Source: Actinomycetes bacterium
GTDB lineage: Bacteria; Actinomycetota; Acidimicrobiia; Acidimicrobiales; JABEUL01
Reading direction: 5' to 3'
DNA: 12,529 nucleotides
Assembly (NCBI GenBank): GCA_021777355.1
Contig: JAJYDO010000082.1
Span: forward strand, 1 to 12,529
Below, piece by piece: positions 9,108 through 12,529 of this stretch (its first letter is position 1; the number at the start of each line of letters is the position of its first letter). Both the position numbers and the translations under genes were made by a program. The notes beneath the pieces were generated by a model. That model did no database searches, was not told where the DNA came from, and was given only the letters and a program-made list of their open reading frames with translations.

Positions 9108-10541
9108 TTATTTATCGGTGCTCCCGTCGAGGGCACTGGAAGAATTTCCTCCGTGATCCAGCACAACAACTGCCGGTGCGCTTTGCGCGTCGTTAGGCAC
9201 AATATTTTCAACTAGGTTTTGTCCAAGTCCATTGACTGCCATTGCTTTGCGCAGGGTTTCATAAATGGTCAAGCCCTGCCCAACTACTCCGGTTACGACT
9301 TGGTTTAACCCGTCTGTGCCATTGAGCACGGTCAAGTTAGATGATGCCAATCCCCTTGCGGCAGCTTCCACAATCGATGGGAGCAGTTCAACTAGCTTAT
9401 TTGCCGCAATTAGGGCCTGGTTTCCACCTTCAAGAGATTCGGCTCGAACCTTGATGGCAGCGCTTTCAGCCTCAGCAATTTCTCTTTTGGCATAAGCTTC
9501 ACCATCTGCTTCGTGTCGCTTTGCCTTCGCATCTCCTTCAGCTCTAATTTGGAGAGCCTCTCCTTCTGCCTTGGCCAGTTCACGTGCCTTGAATGCTTCT
9601 GCTTCGGTATTAAACTTTGTCATGTCTCTGGCTGCTTCAGCCATAGTTCTTTGCTTAAATGCTTCACCTTCTGTATTCATCTTCATGGAGTCTCGAGCTG
9701 CTTCTGCCAAGGTCCTCTGCTTGTAAGCTTCAGCGTCTGCAGGCCGCCTAACTTGAGATTCAAGTTGCTTGTCAGTTAGCGATGCATTTCTTTCCGCCAA
9801 AAGAGTTTGCTGCTCAATGACTTCTTGAGATGCCTGCGCTTGGGCCAAGGGTCCGGCCTGAGCGGCTTTGGCTTTAGCTTGCTCCATTTCGGCTGCAAAC
9901 CCAGCCTTTTTGATTTCCGTGTCACGAATAAACTGAGCCTTCATGGCCGTTGCTTCTTGTTCTTTTTGGGTGGCCTCTTGATCGGCCTTGGCAGTTGCAA
10001 TTCTGGCCAAGCTAGCTACCTGGGCCGCGTGAGGAGCTGCAATGTTGTTGATATAGCCTGTTGCATCGTCAATCTCCTGTATTTGAAGAGAGTCGACGAC
10101 GATTCCCAGTTTTTCCATCTCAATGTGAGATCCGTCTTTAACCTCTTGGGCTAAACGGTCTCTTTCTCTAATAATTTCCTCTACTGTTAGCGATCCGATG
10201 ATTGACCTTAGGTGACCGGCAAAAATCCGTCCTACTAGCTCCTCCATCCTGTTTTGCTCTGCAAGGAAACGTCTTGCGGCATTCGCTATCGAAACTTCGT
10301 CGTCCCCAATTTTAAATGCAGTTACCGCTCTTACCCTGATTCGGATTCCTTGAGTGGTAATGCACTCCTCCAACACCGTAGATTCGTGGAGTGCAAGAGA
10401 GAGAATCCTTGCCTTTTGCTTAATTGGCAGCACGAAAGCGCCGTGACCTGTAACTATTCTAAACTGAGCGTCTTGAACCTTTCTCTTTGAGCCTGAGATC
10501 AAAAGCGCCTCGTTAGGCGCCGGAACATGCCAAAATAACAC
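9108..10541 (-). CDS. floT: Flotillin-like SPFH/band-7 protein (FloT/YuaG-type) with C-terminal EA repeats. It lacks the N-terminal membrane hairpin.
   Basis: The N-terminus VPAPNEALLISGS...GHGAFVLPIKQ..LSL aligns with the segment of B. subtilis FloT that follows its TM hairpin. It has an SPFH domain and Ala/Glu-rich repeats (EAFKQRTMAEAARD). It uses a GTG start, with AAGGAGG 5 nt upstream. Confidence 0.9.
   Translation of the reverse strand: MLFWHVPAPNEALLISGSKRKVQDAQFRIVTGHGAFVLPIKQKARILSLALHESTVLEECITTQGIRIRVRAVTAFKIGDDEVSIANAARRFLAEQNRMEELVGRIFAGHLRSIIGSLTVEEIIRERDRLAQEVKDGSHIEMEKLGIVVDSLQIQEIDDATGYINNIAAPHAAQVASLARIATAKADQEATQKEQEATAMKAQFIRDTEIKKAGFAAEMEQAKAKAAQAGPLAQAQASQEVIEQQTLLAERNASLTDKQLESQVRRPADAEAYKQRTLAEAARDSMKMNTEGEAFKQRTMAEAARDMTKFNTEAEAFKARELAKAEGEALQIRAEGDAKAKRHEADGEAYAKREIAEAESAAIKVRAESLEGGNQALIAANKLVELLPSIVEAAARGLASSNLTVLNGTDGLNQVVTGVVGQGLTIYETLRKAMAVNGLGQNLVENIVPNDAQSAPAVVVLDHGGNSSSALDGSTDK
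9591..9722 (-). repeat. Intragenic tandem repeat of 2 x 66 bp encoding 22-aa flotillin EA repeats
   Basis: The units KQRTLAEAARDSMKMNTEGEAF and KQRTMAEAARDMTKFNTEAEAF are encoded by adjacent 66-bp units that are roughly 70% identical. Confidence 0.5.
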
Positions 10542-10567
10542 AACTACCTCCTTATAGATTTATTCAT

Positions 10568-10780
10568 TTAAGCAAAAGGCGTTACGAAAACTGAACGAGC
10601 AGATCTAACTTCAACCACAATTGCCTGTGAGTGCTTGACAATTGGTTCGTCAGAAATTGCTGTATATGCCTCTGATCCACCCCTGACTGACAGCAAAATC
10701 TCTCCGGGGCGATCTATTTCAATCGGAACTGTGATAATTCCTATAGCTCCTATCAAGTCAGACGAATGCAAATCGTTCAA
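10568..10780 (-). CDS. nfeD: NfeD-family OB-fold protein in minimal form, partner of the SPFH/flotillin protein
   Basis: The 70-aa ORF matches the C-terminal beta-barrel of YuaF-type NfeD proteins (GE.l..V.G....W.A.Sdepi..g..v.Vv.v.g....V.P). It uses a TTG start with AAGAAGGAG 7 nt upstream, and lies 26 nt upstream of floT on the same strand. Confidence 0.75.
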   Translation of the reverse strand: MNDLHSSDLIGAIGIITVPIEIDRPGEILLSVRGGSEAYTAISDEPIVKHSQAIVVEVRSARSVFVTPFA

Positions 10781-11546
10781 TTTAAAACTCCTTCTTATCG
10801 CACTTTAAACCAAAACTGGTCCCCATGCCAACGGCTTTATCAATTGCGCTCGTTTTTGAGTTAAATTTCAAATTTTCTTTACCAATTCATCTCCAATCAC
10901 ATTGTCGTTTGAGTACCAAACAAGGCCATAGTCTCTCTAAATCAAACGCCCATATTTCAATTAAAAGCCTTTATGCCATAATAAAAGTCAAAGACCATGA
11001 TTGGGAGAACTTCCTAAGGGGCTTGCACCTGATGTGGGTCGGCGGCCAAAATAGCATCGGCGCTTAAAAACCCGAGGATTTGGAATGATCTTTTTGTGCT
11101 ATCCAGATGAGTCGGCATTTTTTTTCTTAGCGAGCCTTTCCAAACACTTTTGAACGACGAAGAAATAAGAAAAAACCCAAACATGAAATGCGCCCTACTC
11201 AACTGGAAATTGAGACGTAAATCTACCCGGGTATAAGAGCAGCTAGATAGTGGCATCATAGAGTTAGCCCAAAAATTGGGAGGCCAAATGTGGCAAGCGA
11301 GGTGAAGTAAGCACTGGACCGGAATAAATGATCCTACTTTCATTTTCTTGCCGAAGGTATCCAAAGTATTATTTTTACAATTCATTAGATTCAATTAAAT
11401 CCGCGGACTAGTAAAAATTTGGCGACCGGCCGCAGCTGAAATATCTGAATAAAAGTTAGCCAACAATTTTTGAAAATTTTTTCCACAGATTTCTTTAAAG
11501 TTTTCTAAATGCAATTTTAGATTAAATTAATTTTACTTTAGCTACC

Positions 11547-11620
11547 TGCGGATTTGCGCCCTCGGCAGGATTCGAACCTGCGACCAAGAGATTAGAAGTC
11601 TCCTGCTCTGTCCAACTGAG
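11547..11620 (-). tRNA. tRNA-Arg(TCT)
   Basis: Hand-folded cloverleaf of 74 nt: acceptor GCCCTCG/CGAGGGC, D stem GCTC/GAGC, anticodon stem GGAGA/TCTCT with loop CTTCTAA, and T arm GCAGG-TTCGAAT-CCTGC. No CCA is encoded. Confidence 0.9.
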
Positions 11621-11661
11621 CTACGAGGGCTTACACACATGAGTCTAAAAATGTGGCATGC

Positions 11662-11736
11662 TATAGACCTTGGTGATCGTAGCTCAGTTGGTTAGAGCGC
11701 CAGGTTGTGGCCCTGGAGGTCGGGGGTTCAAGTCCC
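11662..11736 (+). tRNA. tRNA-His(GTG) with an encoded G-1
   Basis: Hand-folded: an extra 5' G pairs with the discriminator C, acceptor GTGATCG/CGGTCAC, D stem GCTC/GAGC, anticodon stem CCAGG/CCTGG with loop TTGTGGC, and T arm GGGGG-TTCAAGT-CCCCT. No CCA is encoded. Confidence 0.9.
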
Positions 11737-11814
11737 CTCGGTCACCCGCATGCATCTGTTCTATTTTCACCTTAAAAGTGGCACTATAGTGCTTAGGTGA
11801 AACTAGTTTAGCTA

Positions 11815-11886
11815 ATATTTAGCTGCGCCTCTAGCTCAACGGCAGAGCAACGGACTCTTAATCCGCAGGTTCTGGGTTCAAATCCC
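11815..11886 (+). tRNA. tRNA-Lys(CTT)
   Basis: Hand-folded, 72 nt: acceptor GCGCCTC/GGGGCGC, D stem GCTC/GAGC, anticodon loop CTCTTAA, and T arm CTGGG-TTCAAAT-CCCAG. There is one A·C mismatch at the top of the anticodon stem. No CCA is encoded. Confidence 0.85.
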
Positions 11887-12180
11887 AGGGGGCGCACAGA
11901 AATATCAAAAGATTCCTAATTTTTCTCGTTTTTTAACCAATTAAATACTTTAAGATTGCCTGCTTAATGTAATCAATGCCGTTCAATACAGTTTTTTTCT
12001 TCAAAGTTACTTGCCTTCGATTATAAAGAATATGCCTCTTAGGCGTTACGACCAAAAACTCGCATTTTTCAAGCACCCGCTTGGGGGCCGTTAACAAAAT
12101 TTCGTCTACCCATCTCCTGTCGTGGTTCAAGATCTAAACTAACTCCATTAGATAATGAAGTATTTAAAATCCAGGTTATG

Positions 12181-12529
12181 CTATTTAACCGTTGTAGACG
12201 TTGTGGAATTGAACGTAATTTTCGGCAAGGAACCAAGATTGGGCACAATAATCGGAGACGATCCTCCGTTTGCAAGATAATAAGGATCAGCAATTGGATT
12301 AATCTGGCTAAAAAACCACGGTGCTATCATATCTGCGCCCGCGGAGGTGAGGTGCACTCCGTCGCTCGTTCTAACCTGTACTCCATTTATCACTTGAGCG
12401 AACTGATTATTTGGTGAGATATATTTTCCAAACTCCACCACGTGCGCCACGCCATGACTATCATTTGCTACTTGGCGCAATATCTTGTTAAACGCATCTA
12501 CTCTGGCAGGTTCATCTTCGGGCCACGGA
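12181..12529 (-). CDS. SGNH/GDSL-hydrolase-like protein, C-terminal part only. The 5' end lies beyond the window.
   Basis: The reading frame is open to the window edge (PWPEDEPARVDAFNKILRQ...). It contains the D-G-x-H catalytic block near the C-terminus (DGVHLTSAGADMIA), typical of block V in SGNH hydrolases. Confidence 0.55.
   Translation of the reverse strand, partial: PWPEDEPARVDAFNKILRQVANDSHGVAHVVEFGKYISPNNQFAQVINGVQVRTSDGVHLTSAGADMIAPWFFSQINPIADPYYLANGGSSPIIVPNLGSLPKITFNSTTSTTVK

Noticed and set aside
9265-10490. Plus-strand ORFs inside floT (9265..9495, 9513..9779, 9807..10154, 10254..10490) and an impression of CRISPR-like periodic repeats around 9540-9730
   Set aside because: The periodicity comes from coding tandem EA repeats of the flotillin domain, which are imperfect 66-bp units with no spacer structure. 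The plus ORFs are Cys/Leu/Phe-rich antisense artefacts.
10825-11067. 80-aa plus-strand ORF in the AT-rich spacer
   Set aside because: The same reasoning applies: there is no RBS and no homology signal, and it overlaps the likely nfeD-floT promoter region.
11014-11394. 126-aa minus-strand ORF in the AT-rich spacer
   Set aside because: It has no Shine-Dalgarno sequence and an odd composition, and it lies in the lowest-GC part of the window. It most likely arises by chance because AT-rich DNA has few stop codons in that frame. It is not called as a gene.
11933-12130. 65-aa minus-strand ORF (TTG start) between tRNA-Lys and the SGNH hydrolase gene
   Set aside because: It has a TTG start, and the nearest GGAG lies about 16 nt upstream. 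It sits in an AT-rich intergenic region with no recognisable motif. It could be a real small protein, but there is insufficient support.
12069-12417. ORFs 12069..12293 on minus and 12178..12417 on plus
   Set aside because: They overlap or lie antisense to the SGNH-hydrolase-like frame, which carries the DGxH catalytic block and is open to the window edge.

Overview
This window looks like an actinobacterial-style chromosomal segment of moderate GC. It holds the conserved transcription/translation cluster proS | rimP-nusA-ylxR-infB, all on the minus strand. The IF-2 has a long Pro/Gly-rich N-terminal region, which is typical of Actinobacteria. Divergent from proS is a three-gene plus-strand block of unknown function: a protein with a PH-like core and a C-terminal DUF2510 WY motif, a roughly 6-TM membrane protein, and an AhpD/carboxymuconolactone-decarboxylase-like CxxCxxxH protein. 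Convergent to this block is a minus-strand nfeD-floT (SPFH/flotillin) operon. Both partners appear to lack the N-terminal membrane anchors that their Bacillus counterparts have. A roughly 770 bp AT-rich non-coding stretch follows, then a compact tRNA cluster: tRNA-Arg(TCT) on minus, tRNA-His(GTG) with an encoded G-1 on plus, and tRNA-Lys(CTT) on plus. The window ends in a 5'-truncated SGNH/GDSL-hydrolase-like gene. No CRISPR array, transposase, integrase or recognisable defence or toxin genes are visible. The most notable sequence-level observation is that the conserved N-terminal R-x-C-x-x-C motif of YlxR is encoded in frame upstream of the first ATG, with no canonical start codon available. 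This suggests a non-canonical (ATT) start overlapping the nusA stop codon.
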